Shown here: positions 1 to 10,502 of the stretch, piece by piece
How the letters are laid out: each line of letters starts with the position of its first letter
How positions within the stretch are numbered: position 1 is the first letter of the stretch
From: an uncultured Gemmatimonadales bacterium
GTDB taxonomy: Bacteria > Gemmatimonadota > Gemmatimonadetes > Gemmatimonadales > Gemmatimonadaceae
Direction: 5' to 3'
Length of the DNA stretch: 64,000 nucleotides
Assembly: GCA_963793305.1 (NCBI GenBank)
Contig: CAWBZV010000002.1
Span: forward strand, 859,193 to 923,192
The notes under the pieces: model-generated
The model's database searches: none
What the model saw: only the letters and a program-made list of their open reading frames with translations
Told to the model about the DNA's origin: nothing
Made by a program: the position numbers and the translations under genes

Positions 1-37
1 GCGTTGACCCGCCTGGTGGCTACGATCACTTTTCAAG

Positions 38-820
38 TTGATGGCCTGGATCCGAACGCTGTGCGTCGCCGCCGTTATAGTCGTTCTGACGCCGCCCTAC
101 GCGGCGTTAGCCGTCATTGCCGCGGCCTTGGGCGTCAAGGACCGCCCTGGCGGGGTCTACGACTGGATCGCGCATACGTGGACACTCGCGATCGTCTCCG
201 CCGCCGGGATCCGCGTTCGCGTGCATGGCGCCGAGCGCCTCGCCGAGTCGAGGACGGCCCCGCGGATTTTCGCGTCGAACCATGTGAGCTGGTTCGACGT
301 GTTTGTGTTGGGGTCGATCCTCCCGCGTTTCGCGTTCGTGGCGAAGGCGGAGATCCTCAAAATTCCGATCTTCGGCCCCGGCGCGCGCGCGATCGGCACG
401 GTGCCGATCGACCGCAACAATCGGAAGTCCGCGTTTGCATCGTACGAAGAAGCGGCCACCCGGATCGCCCGGGGGCGCTCGGTGATCGTGTTTCCCGAGG
501 GGACGCGCGGCACCGCGTATCCGCTTCGTCCGTTCAAAAAGGGGCCGTTCGTACTGGCCATCGCGGCGCAGGCGTCGGTCGTGCCGACGGTTGTGTACGG
601 GACCCTGCCGATCTTTCCGCGTGACGCGTACCGCATGCAGACGGGTGGCGGGGTCGTCGACGTCGAATTTCTCGAGCCGGTGCCGACTGAGGGGCTGGAT
701 TACGAGGCGCGTGACGCGTTGAGCCAAACGGTCTACGACCGTATGGCGGAAGCGCTCGCCAGGCATGGTGTCGAGCCCCTGTCGGTCACCGCGCCTCGGG
801 TCATGACGCCCGACGATTGA
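38..820 (+). CDS. plsC: 1-acyl-sn-glycerol-3-phosphate acyltransferase
   Basis: NHVSWFD (NHxxxxD), FVAKAE and FPEGTR acyltransferase motifs. Confidence 0.9.
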   Translation: MMAWIRTLCVAAVIVVLTPPYAALAVIAAALGVKDRPGGVYDWIAHTWTLAIVSAAGIRVRVHGAERLAESRTAPRIFASNHVSWFDVFVLGSILPRFAFVAKAEILKIPIFGPGARAIGTVPIDRNNRKSAFASYEEAATRIARGRSVIVFPEGTRGTAYPLRPFKKGPFVLAIAAQASVVPTVVYGTLPIFPRDAYRMQTGGGVVDVEFLEPVPTEGLDYEARDALSQTVYDRMAEALARHGVEPLSVTAPRVMTPDD

Positions 821-828
821 CCGGCTAG

Positions 829-2127
<1,299 letters not shown>

Positions 2128-2130
2128 CTG

Positions 2131-2442
2131 ATGCTCGCGCGCGTGGGCTGGGGATTCGCGGCGCTGGTCGTGCTGCTCTACGCGATCGAGGGTGGCGAGT
2201 ACGGCACCTCGGACCTCATTCACCTGCATTCGCGCCACCGCGCCCTCGTGGCGCGGATCGACTCGCTGCAGCATCGCATCGACTCCTTGTCCACGCTCGC
2301 GCACGCCATCGAGACCGATCCCGCGGTGCAGGAGCGTATCGCGCGAGAAGAGTTCGGCATGGTACGCGGTGCAAAGGAGTTGCTCTACCGGTTCGCGCCG
2401 CCCTCAGTGCACGAGATGCCGCACGACCACGAACTCCGGTAG
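2131..2442 (+). CDS. ftsB: septum formation initiator FtsB/DivIC family
   Basis: N-terminal TM, coiled coil, ERIAREEFGMV motif; conserved position downstream of eno. Confidence 0.85.
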   Translation: MLARVGWGFAALVVLLYAIEGGEYGTSDLIHLHSRHRALVARIDSLQHRIDSLSTLAHAIETDPAVQERIAREEFGMVRGAKELLYRFAPPSVHEMPHDHELR

Positions 2443-2877
2443 ATAGAAGGGCGGCAACTCGTCATCGGGCAGATCCTTGATGCGCCGGATGAATTCCCGG
2501 AAGCCGCGCGCGTACATGTTCCCGTCGGTCGTGATGATATCGTATTCGTTCATCGCGGCGTGCTCGAACACGGCGCGGTCGGCGCGTGGGACGAGGTGTG
2601 GTTGCCACGCCAACTTGCGCGGGCCGGCGGCGAACGAGTTGAGATATTTGTCGAACCCGATGACGCGCTTGGTGACGTCTTTCCGGATATGGAATCGCCC
2701 GAGCACGGCGTCCGGTGCGGGATTGCACTCGTCGAGGACTTCCTGGATCGTGAACAGCGATCCGGGGTGGGCGCGAAGCGCCATATGCATGGAGCCGTCG
2801 CGTGCCGCGAGCTCCTTGCCGAGTCCCTGCAGGACTCCGGCGTCGATCATGTATTGCGTGCCCATGTGCCCTCGCAC
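2404..2877 (-). CDS. hypothetical protein, possibly PIN-like fold
   Basis: YMIDAGVL...QEVLDE...ADRAVF...IITTD spacing of acidic residues resembles PIN domains. Confidence 0.4.
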   Translation of the reverse strand: MRGHMGTQYMIDAGVLQGLGKELAARDGSMHMALRAHPGSLFTIQEVLDECNPAPDAVLGRFHIRKDVTKRVIGFDKYLNSFAAGPRKLAWQPHLVPRADRAVFEHAAMNEYDIITTDGNMYARGFREFIRRIKDLPDDELPPFYLPEFVVVRHLVH

Positions 2878-2940
2878 TCGGTGACTGGGCCAATGTATAT
2901 GGCAGGGCTCAACTTGAACGCTCTGGCACGTTGAGTTCCC

Positions 2941-2968
2941 TTGACTTCATGTAACACCCCAGTACCTT
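2941..2968 (+). promoter_or_regulatory. sigma70-like promoter of tRNA-fMet
   Basis: TTGACT-16 bp-TACCTT ending 12 bp upstream of the tRNA. Confidence 0.5.
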
Positions 2969-2980
2969 TGACCACACTGA

Positions 2981-3054
<74 letters not shown>

Positions 3055-3069
3055 TGGTCCTTGAATACG

Positions 3070-3110
3070 AATCCGCGCGGCTAACTCACTTGAGTTGGTC
3101 GCGCGGATTT
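3070..3110 (+). terminator. hairpin after tRNA-fMet
   Basis: AATCCGCGCGGCTAACTC-ACTT-GAGTTGGTCGCGCGGATTT inverted repeat. Confidence 0.6.
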
Positions 3111-3477
3111 GCATTGGGTGTCAGCAGGTACGGTCGGGGTTGCGCTTTGTACCGCAAAGGAAGGCGAATGCCGCGCGATCCCTCGTCGTCCGGGGCACGT
3201 AACGCGACGATTGCCGCCTGGGTGTCGGAGACGCGGATAGGTGGATCGTCATTGGTACCGTTCCGCATATCAGCCGCTGCGTTCTTGGACGTTGCGGCTT
3301 TGTTCACCGCAAGCCGCCGCCGCCACGGCATTGGCGGTGCTCGCGGACGGGCGGCCATTCGTGCCTTCGCCGCGAGTGCATTAGCATTGGCAGTGTCATG
3401 GTATGTGGAGGTGACTAGCCGTCCAACTGACTGCGTCAGGTGGCACGTGCTCCGGTACCAAGAGCGCGCCCCGCCCT

Positions 3478-3738
3478 CTACGTGCGCTTACGACGTTGTT
3501 TCGTCGAAGGGGTTGGCTTCTTCTTCTCTGGTCCTGACGCGACCGGGGTCACATCAAATGGTCCGAGCCGCCCGCGCTCTGCCAGCCATGCATACTCGAC
3601 CGGATGCCGATTGCGACGCATGCCCCCGAGGTCGATCCGACTGGCGGCTTTCTGGACCGCATCACGGACGCTCGCCCAACGAGCCTCGAGCTCCCGAAGG
3701 TCCCACGTCTTATAGTCGGTTGGATTGATCTTGGTCAT
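3478..3738 (-). CDS. small hypothetical protein coupled to the nucleotidyltransferase gene
   Basis: start overlaps the stop of 3735..4466; no recognisable motif. Confidence 0.5.
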   Translation of the reverse strand: MTKINPTDYKTWDLRELEARWASVRDAVQKAASRIDLGGMRRNRHPVEYAWLAERGRLGPFDVTPVASGPEKKKPTPSTKQRRKRT

Positions 3739-4466
3739 TGGGGCGGCCCACGCCGGCGAGTTGGTTTCTTCTGTAGGGTCGCATCGGTGCCCTGATGTCG
3801 CAACTCCGGCGGTCGTCTACGCAACTGCTCACGGGCCTCGATGAGCGCCTCGTCGGTGACAGTCGCCTCGGGCCTGTCAGCGAATGCGCGGAGCACTTCG
3901 TACGCCGCCGCCGCCCGCTCGCGGCGCAGCAGATCTGCCAGTAGGGCCTGATCGATCCGATCTCCAAGGGCCTGGAGCAGGAGAATCGCCTGCTTGGCAT
4001 GAGGCAGGTTGCCTGTCTGATCGTACTCGACGATGCGTCCGACGATGACGGCTTCCTTCACCACGACCCGCAGTCGATACGGTCCGACCTGAGTCTCTTC
4101 CACTGGATCTTCCAGCAGACTACCAGGCACCTCGACGAATATATCCTCGCGAGCCCAGTGTCGCGCGGGCAGTTTCTTGAACCCCAACGCCCCAAACACA
4201 GGATCGAGCACGAGGCGCGGGGACGACTTCACCAGGGGCTCGACGACGAGGTCGATGTCCTCCGTCTCGTAGGCGCCGGGCGCGTAGAACTCGATCGCAC
4301 CGCCACCCACCAACGTGGCACGACACTCATATCGGCGGAACGCCTCCGACAGCAAGGCTGTGATCAGCACGAGACGCCTGGCGTGCTGAGTGTCGTCCTG
4401 GAGCTTCGGATCCGCGGCAATGGCGTCCAGGGTCTGCCGCAGGTCTGACAGGTCGATATCGGTCAT
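3735..4466 (-). CDS. pol-beta superfamily nucleotidyltransferase-like protein (DUF6036/AbiEii-like)
   Basis: VGGGAIEFY...YETEDIDLV (GG..A / T.D.D) motif. Confidence 0.7.
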   Translation of the reverse strand: MTDIDLSDLRQTLDAIAADPKLQDDTQHARRLVLITALLSEAFRRYECRATLVGGGAIEFYAPGAYETEDIDLVVEPLVKSSPRLVLDPVFGALGFKKLPARHWAREDIFVEVPGSLLEDPVEETQVGPYRLRVVVKEAVIVGRIVEYDQTGNLPHAKQAILLLQALGDRIDQALLADLLRRERAAAAYEVLRAFADRPEATVTDEALIEAREQLRRRPPELRHQGTDATLQKKPTRRRGPPQ

Positions 4467-4711
4467 CGCGCAGCGCAGCAACGTCCGGGCATAGGCAAAC
4501 AGTACCAGCCCGCGTCAGTCGAGTCTAGTCGCGCTGCGGGTTTCTCGGGATGCGCTGGCGAAATCCCGATCGGCAACCCGAGCGAGAAGATCCGTCGGCC
4601 TTATGCCCAATTCTATATCTGGTCCTTTGTTCTTCGAGCGCCCTCAATACAGCGCCACACCGCTCTCGGGCGTGTCGACCCGAGAGCACCCCAACGTCAT
4701 TCGGACGGTCC

Positions 4712-5848
4712 CTACGGAGCAGGTCGCCACCATTGCAGCACGCGCAGGGCATTCCCAAAGCATATCTGATCGGCCGGACCCTGATGATAGTGCGCGATGA
4801 GTCGCTTGCGCACCTCCTTGAATACCGCGGGGCTCTTGAGCCCCTTCAAGGTTGGTTGGATAAAACCATCCATGTCGGACCCGATGGCGATGTGGTCGTA
4901 CGACCCGCCCGTCGTATCGTGAATGAGATCGATGTGACGAAAGATCAATGCCATTGTTTCGTCAAACGTCGTGGGCCTTTTGAGCTTGCCCTCTGTCATC
5001 CAATGCTCGCACGCTATCAGCCCGACCACGCCCCCGCGGGCAGCCACCGCTTGAATGTGCTCTGGTCGAATATTGTATTCCGGCGCGTCATGGGTCAGTG
5101 CGCACGCGGCGTGCGTCGCCATGAGTGGGACACCGGGATCCAGATAGTCCAACGTCCGTTGGATCGAAGTGTAGCTCATGTGCGTGATGTCGATCAGGAT
5201 CCGCTGCTTCACCATTTCGTCGATCAACGCAAAGCCAAGCTCTTGTAGGCCATCAGGTGGTTGAGGGCAGAGAAAGCGATAGACGTTGTCAGAGACCACT
5301 GGAATCGCCGGCGCGTTCGTGGCCACCTGGCGATAGAACAGATGCGCCACAGTGATGTAAGCCACCCCCAACCCGGCCAGGGTTCGCACGCTGTCGCGTA
5401 TCTCGTCGGGGTTGCTTCCCATGTAGATGCCGCCTTCGATCGCGTGGATGAGCGCGACCTGGTTGGCGGCCATCGCGTTATCGAGCTCGGCGTGGTCGTG
5501 GACGACGATCCCACCGTTGGCTTTCACGTCCTTCTCGACCGCAGTTATGAGCTTGCGGAGATGATCGACGTAGCGTTCGTCTGGTGGCGCTCCGTAGTGT
5601 TTCGACAAATCGATTTCGTCGAATGGTTTCAGCAGAACTGAGAGTGACACCATCACTCTCCCCTTGCGCAGGCTGTCGATGGTGACGACCGTCGAGTTGA
5701 AGAGCTTCTGGGCCAAATAAAAGACGAACTGGCGAAGCCAGTCTCGCGGTCCGGCATTCGGGTTATGAAGTTCTCGCGTGTTGAAGGATTTCGCCCGCGG
5801 TGTCTCCGCGAGGTGCATCGGGTAATGGCAGTGGAGGTCGACTACCAT
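4712..5848 (-). CDS. membrane dipeptidase (peptidase M19, amidohydrolase fold)
   Basis: DLHCH, AIEGG, IDITHMS, ATHA and IAIGSDMDG motifs. Confidence 0.85.
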   Translation of the reverse strand: MVVDLHCHYPMHLAETPRAKSFNTRELHNPNAGPRDWLRQFVFYLAQKLFNSTVVTIDSLRKGRVMVSLSVLLKPFDEIDLSKHYGAPPDERYVDHLRKLITAVEKDVKANGGIVVHDHAELDNAMAANQVALIHAIEGGIYMGSNPDEIRDSVRTLAGLGVAYITVAHLFYRQVATNAPAIPVVSDNVYRFLCPQPPDGLQELGFALIDEMVKQRILIDITHMSYTSIQRTLDYLDPGVPLMATHAACALTHDAPEYNIRPEHIQAVAARGGVVGLIACEHWMTEGKLKRPTTFDETMALIFRHIDLIHDTTGGSYDHIAIGSDMDGFIQPTLKGLKSPAVFKEVRKRLIAHYHQGPADQICFGNALRVLQWWRPAP

Positions 5849-6317
5849 ATCGGGCGATTGCCCCGCACCCTTACGTCGCCCGCTCGTCGCGAGCCGTGAC
5901 CTAATCCGGTGAGGCAACACGGGTTCCTCGAGGTGGAGGTGACGCAACTATTCAGCTGGCCATGCGCCCGGGAGCGTCGCCTACAATCGTAACGCGTATC
6001 GCCGCCGCCGTTCCACGCAAAGGGTGTGTGATTCCGATTGCGTGTGCCTTCTGCCGAACGCCGTGGCATTGGCAGGTGTCGTGACTTGAAGTCGCTTGCC
6101 AGAGTATTGGCGAACGCGGCTGCGCGGAAGGGCGGATTTGCGACGCGAACATGCACTATTCTGACATTGTCTGCACGTGCTTCGCTCTGGCGGTTACGGT
6201 TTCAGTGACGGTTTTGCACGCGAATTGAATGCATTCGCTAGTTGTTCCGTCTCTTTTTTCACCTGTAAATCCATATTTTGGCGCGAGATGCGATCAGGCA
6301 TATCGGATCTGCCCGGC

Positions 6318-6350
6318 AAGGTCGCGGGTTCAAGTCCCGCCCCCGCTATG
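6318..6350 (+). repeat. attR-like copy of the tRNA-fMet 3' end
   Basis: AAGGTCGCGGGTTCAAGTCCCGCCCCCGCTATG versus 3024-3056, one mismatch in the T-loop. Confidence 0.9.
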
Positions 6351-6366
6351 CGAGTTGAACAGAGAT

Positions 6367-6406
6367 CCGCCGAGTTAACTCCTTGGAGTTGGCTCGGCGG
6401 TTTTTT
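6367..6406 (+). terminator. rho-independent terminator after the att copy
   Basis: CCGCCGAGTTAACTCC-TT-GGAGTTGGCTCGGCGG followed by TTTTTT. Confidence 0.75.
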
Positions 6407-6914
6407 GCGCACTGTGGGCCAGGATGCGACCTGCGATAACGACGGAAGCCATGAGAACCCCCACGGCAAATGTGCGGACCAACCCCGCCAGGCGCGTGTC
6501 GTAAGGAAGCATGTGCATGCTGTCCAGCAGGTAGTGCCAGTCGTGCAACGGGTCGTCGGAGAAGCCGACCAACTGCAGGGCCATGGTCCGCGCGTCGCCG
6601 ATGTAGTTCGCGAGATTCGTCAGGCTGTAGGCGAGCCATGTGCCGACGACGGCAACGCCATAGCGATCATCCTGGCGCAGCAGCATCAGGGCCGCGGCGA
6701 TGGGAGCCGCCACCTGAGTGACACTGCCGCCGGCGATGGTGAGCCACTGTCCGAACGGGCTGAAGAGCAGGTGACCGCCCTCGTGGATGGCGAGCGTCAG
6801 GCCGCCAAATACGTTCCACGTCTCGCTATCCACCATCGTGCGCACATCGCCCCATACGAGGGCTACGAGCAGCGTGACGCGTGGAAGGAGCCAACTCCAA
6901 CGGATCGTGGGCAT
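6375..6914 (-). CDS. membrane protein, M50-like metallopeptidase family
   Basis: HEGGH motif in a hydrophobic context and HDWHYLL motif; start taken at MPTIRW. Confidence 0.6.
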   Translation of the reverse strand: MPTIRWSWLLPRVTLLVALVWGDVRTMVDSETWNVFGGLTLAIHEGGHLLFSPFGQWLTIAGGSVTQVAAPIAAALMLLRQDDRYGVAVVGTWLAYSLTNLANYIGDARTMALQLVGFSDDPLHDWHYLLDSMHMLPYDTRLAGLVRTFAVGVLMASVVIAGRILAHSAQKTAEPTPRS

Positions 6915-6952
6915 CCTGATGGGACGACTACGACGGCGCCGAGGTCGCGCAT

Positions 6953-7684
6953 CTAACGAAGAAGCCGCGTCGCGAGGAAGACACCCCATAAGATGAGGAC
7001 CACTCCGGCGCCGCGATCTAGGCGCCAGCTCGCCGGCGCGATTTTCTCGCCGAGCATGAACAAAGAGAGCGCTCCCATCCACGCCAGGTTCATGGCGCCG
7101 AAGACGAACATCAGTCCCATCAAGGCCCAGCAGCAGGCGACACAATAGCTCCCGTGCCGCACGCCGAGCACGAATGCAGCCCGATCGCCGTCGCGCCAGT
7201 TGGCGAGAAAGAAGGGGAAGGGTGACCGGCACTGCGTCAGGCACGCATCCTTGGCCGACGTGAACTGGAAAGTGCCGGCCAACAACAGCAGCGCTGCGCT
7301 GAGCACGACGCTGGTACTGTGCAGCGTGGGAGCGAGGAGGGACGCGCGCGAGAGCGCCACTTGGCCCGCTGCCGCAAAGGCGGAATATGCGGTCCATACG
7401 GCGACATAGCCCGAAACGAACAAAGCCGTCGCCGGTGCTGAACCAACCGCGGACATGCGCTTTCGCGCAAAACCGCCAAAGACGTTGATCGCCCGAGCCG
7501 CCGTGGGTAGCATCATCGCCACCATCATGACGGTCCATAGCAGGAAGGCGGCCGCAAATTGTTCCACGGGCGCGCCGCTCCCGTGGCGCGGCATGTTCAT
7601 GCGGGCGAGATACAACCAACTCAGCGCGATCACCGCAATGAGACCGCCCATTGCGAGGATGCGGTCACGCCACCATGCCACCAC
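6953..7684 (-). CDS. DUF2182 predicted metal-binding membrane protein
   Basis: WTVMMVAMMLP, KDACLTQCRSP and YCVACCWALM motifs. Confidence 0.85.
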   Translation of the reverse strand: MVAWWRDRILAMGGLIAVIALSWLYLARMNMPRHGSGAPVEQFAAAFLLWTVMMVAMMLPTAARAINVFGGFARKRMSAVGSAPATALFVSGYVAVWTAYSAFAAAGQVALSRASLLAPTLHSTSVVLSAALLLLAGTFQFTSAKDACLTQCRSPFPFFLANWRDGDRAAFVLGVRHGSYCVACCWALMGLMFVFGAMNLAWMGALSLFMLGEKIAPASWRLDRGAGVVLILWGVFLATRLLR

Positions 7685-7686
7685 GG

Positions 7687-8290
7687 TCAGGCGCCGCTAT
7701 AAGAAAAATCGGAGAGATATCCGTTGCGGCCAGAAAGCTTCCAATCGTACCCATAGTCCGATAACCGGAAATGCTTGGAGCGCGCGACCATCGCGGGCAC
7801 ACCTGGTGCGATGCAAACCGGATGGTTCTCGATAGTGATCGGTTTGCCGTCTTGGCCTTCGAGCACCTCGAGCTCGGCGTCGACGATCCCGGGAATCTCC
7901 AGGCTTCGATTCTTGCCGTTGCCCTGATAGCGCATCGGGACGCTCTTCGTGCCCAATAGCTCGCCGACAAAAGAATGCCAGCACCGCCGGGTGACCGCCG
8001 GCGTGTCCAGAAAAAATCGTCAGCAATGCGTTCTTTTGAGCCTCGCTGGCCTTCTCATCTATATAGGCTGCCGCCTTCCATTTGCTCTCGACCATGTTGC
8101 CCGTCGCATCCACCAGGAGGGCGACATTCAAACCGTCGAGCGCGAGGTCACCGAACGTGCCATGCTTGATGTTCCACGCCACGATGGCGGTGCAAAAGCC
8201 CTCGGTCGGCGGGCTGGCGAACGCGCATGGACAACCGACGTTGCAGTTGCACGTCTCGAAGTAGGTGCCGGTGAGCTTCCATTGCGTCAT
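7687..8290 (-). CDS. DUF1326 family protein (frameshift near 7970)
   Basis: ETCNCNVGCPC N-terminus; C-terminal part in ORF 7687..7956; usual partner of DUF2182. Confidence 0.8.
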
Positions 8291-8356
8291 GACGCCGACG
8301 GTAACGACCGGCAACGGGCTGGTATTGTAAAAATGCGGCGCGCTGGCGAGCCGCCA

Positions 8357-9181
8357 TCACACCACGGGCTGCAGCTCCAGCAAGCCCGAGAACCGAATGG
8401 TCGGGGAGGCTCGCATCTGCGGATAGAGCGCGTCAGGGCTCATTCCGTACAGCTCGAGACAATCATGGATCATGTGGCTCTGATCGTAGTAGCCCACCGC
8501 ATGGGCCACTTCCGCCCAGCTCAGCAGGCGTTGCTTCTGGGTGATGGCGTGACGCAATCGGATGACACGGGCGAATTTCTTCGGGGTGGCGCCGATATGA
8601 TTGACGAAACGACGCTCGAGGGCGCTCTTGCTGAGGCCGAGATGTCGGGCGAGGTGGGCAATCCGGTAGTTGCCCCGAGCGACCGTGAGCTCTTCGCAAG
8701 CTCGCCTGACTAGCCCGTCCTCGTTTCGAGGGCTGAACGTCGACAACAGAAAGCGCTGGATGTACACCACGCGATCTTCCGCGGTCGCGATGCGAGCCAG
8801 CGCATCCTCGATCCGTTCTATCGTGTCCTTAGGAAAGAGATCCCGACAGTCGACCCGCTTCTCGGCGCACTCCTTCGCAACGCCTCGACGGAAGACGTTG
8901 ACTCCCCAGGGGGTCAGGCGCGCCGACACGCCGGAGATGGTGCCGCTCCCCCGCAGGTCGCTACGGAAACTCTGAAATCCCGCGAGACCGCTCCGCGTGC
9001 GATAGGTCGCGGTCCGGTGCGCCGTGAGGAGCGGGTCCTGGTAGAGAAAGCAGAGATAGCTCGCGGTGTCGGGCAGGATCGAGAGGGACGAGGTCTCCTT
9101 GCCCGTCAGGTCCTCATAGTCCCAGAACGCGTCGATGTACGGCGCAAGCGGCGGGCAGGGACGGAACGTTCGGAGACTCAT
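8357..9181 (-). CDS. AraC family transcriptional regulator
   Basis: C-terminal LERRF...GATPKKFARVIRL...GYYDQSH double HTH. Confidence 0.9.
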   Translation of the reverse strand: MSLRTFRPCPPLAPYIDAFWDYEDLTGKETSSLSILPDTASYLCFLYQDPLLTAHRTATYRTRSGLAGFQSFRSDLRGSGTISGVSARLTPWGVNVFRRGVAKECAEKRVDCRDLFPKDTIERIEDALARIATAEDRVVYIQRFLLSTFSPRNEDGLVRRACEELTVARGNYRIAHLARHLGLSKSALERRFVNHIGATPKKFARVIRLRHAITQKQRLLSWAEVAHAVGYYDQSHMIHDCLELYGMSPDALYPQMRASPTIRFSGLLELQPVV

Positions 9182-9317
9182 CGGGCGTGTCCTCGACGGA
9201 GACGTGCGCGGAATATCCGCAGGCGTCGCGCGGAGCGGAAGGGCACTGACCCGACGCGCACCCTCCAGTTGACCGCGGGGCGTTGACCATTGGGGTTTTA
9301 CCGTTTTTCATCCGCAC

Positions 9318-10256
9318 ATGCAAGTCGCTGAGCCTCAGATGGTGGCGGCGCCGCTGACGCGCGCGGCGCTCTTCGTGGTCGTTACGCTGAACCGCACGCC
9401 CGCGGCCCGTTCCGCGGTTCGGGGTCTCTCCGGCGACCTGTCGGCACTCCTCCGAACGGTCGGCACGCGCGATCTCGACGGCCGTCTCTCGTGCGTGATG
9501 GGGGTCGGCTCTGACGCATGGGACTTCCTCTTCGGCCCGCCGCGCCCCGCCGGCTTACACCCGTTCCGCGAGATTCGCGCGGGGAACCGTATCGCCGTCG
9601 CCACGCCGGGCGACCTGCACTTTCACATCCGCGCGCAGCGCCAGGACCTCTGCTTCGAGCTCGCGACGCTGATCATGTCGCGCCTCGCAGGTACGGTGAC
9701 GGCGCAGGACGAGGTGGTGGGGTTTCGGTACTTCGACGACCGCGATCTGATCGGGTTCGTCGACGGGACAGAAAATCCGCGCGATCAGGCGGCCGTCGAC
9801 GCGACGGTGATCGGCGACGAGGATCCCGCGTTTCGCGGCGGCAGCTATCTCGTGGTGCAGAAATATTTCCACGACCTCACTGGCTGGAACGCGCTGTCGG
9901 TCGCCGAGCAGGAGAAGATCATCGGTCGGGAGAAGCTCTCCAACGTGGAGTTGGATGACAGCGTCAAACCCGCCTCAGCCCACAACGCGTTGACGACGAT
10001 CGAGGTCGACGGCCGCGAGATCAAGATCTTGCGCGACAACATGCCGTTCGGCTCTCCGTCCCGGAGCGAATTCGGAACGTATTTTATCGGCTACGCGCGA
10101 TCACTCGGCACGATCGAGCAGATGCTCACGAACATGTTCGTCGGCCGCCCCCCGGGGAACTACGATCGCCTGTTGGATTTCAGCCGCGCGGTCACCGGCT
10201 CCCAATACTTCGTGCCGCCGGCGACGTTCTTGGAGAACGTCTCGCCCGAGTCGTAG
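9318..10256 (+). CDS. Dyp-type peroxidase
   Basis: GFVDGTEN, GGSY, IIGR, AH and ILRDNMPFG motifs. Confidence 0.93.
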   Translation: MQVAEPQMVAAPLTRAALFVVVTLNRTPAARSAVRGLSGDLSALLRTVGTRDLDGRLSCVMGVGSDAWDFLFGPPRPAGLHPFREIRAGNRIAVATPGDLHFHIRAQRQDLCFELATLIMSRLAGTVTAQDEVVGFRYFDDRDLIGFVDGTENPRDQAAVDATVIGDEDPAFRGGSYLVVQKYFHDLTGWNALSVAEQEKIIGREKLSNVELDDSVKPASAHNALTTIEVDGREIKILRDNMPFGSPSRSEFGTYFIGYARSLGTIEQMLTNMFVGRPPGNYDRLLDFSRAVTGSQYFVPPATFLENVSPES

Positions 10257-10334
10257 CGCGTGACGCCCCCGCCCGCGCGCCCTGAGCCGCCGTTGGCCCG
10301 TGCTGGCGGGGCCGCTAGATTACGTCGCTCGCAC

Positions 10335-10408
10335 GGCAGGGTAGCTCAGCTGGTTAGAGCACGGCACTCATAATGCCGGGGTCGCGGGTTCGAGTCCCGC
10401 CCCTGCTA
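10335..10408 (+). tRNA. tRNA-Met (CAT), elongator type
   Basis: cloverleaf with anticodon arm CGGCA-CTCATAA-TGCCG and TTCGAG T-loop; resembles elongator tRNA-Met; integration target. Confidence 0.93.
10366..10408 (+). repeat. attL core, 43 bp
   Basis: identical to 32014-32056; begins at the anticodon loop. Confidence 0.95.
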
Positions 10409-10416
10409 CTTCCGAA

Positions 10417-10449
10417 GTCGCGCAATCCGAGAGGGTTGCGCGATTTTTT
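10417..10449 (+). terminator. element-supplied terminator after the tRNA
   Basis: GTCGCGCAATCC-GAGA-GGGTTGCGCGAT followed by a T-run. Confidence 0.75.
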
Positions 10450-10476
10450 CTTGGTGATTACACCGTTCACCCGCGG

Positions 10477-10501
10477 CTTGGTACAAGAAATGGTACAAGA
10501 C
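10477..10501 (+). repeat. putative integrase arm-type site (tandem TGGTACAAGA), left end
   Basis: CTTGGTACAAGAAATGGTACAAGAC; 24/25 identical to 31905-31929. Confidence 0.75.
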
Positions 10502-10502
10502 G

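Larger units (their letters stand above)
3057..6350. mobile_element. integrase-less genomic islet at the tRNA-fMet 3' end
   Basis: tRNA 3' end 3024-3056 is repeated at 6318-6350 (32/33 identical). Confidence 0.7.

Noticed and set aside
9318..10256. Encapsulin cargo peroxidase
   Set aside because: There is no C-terminal GSLxIGSL-type targeting peptide and no encapsulin gene adjacent.
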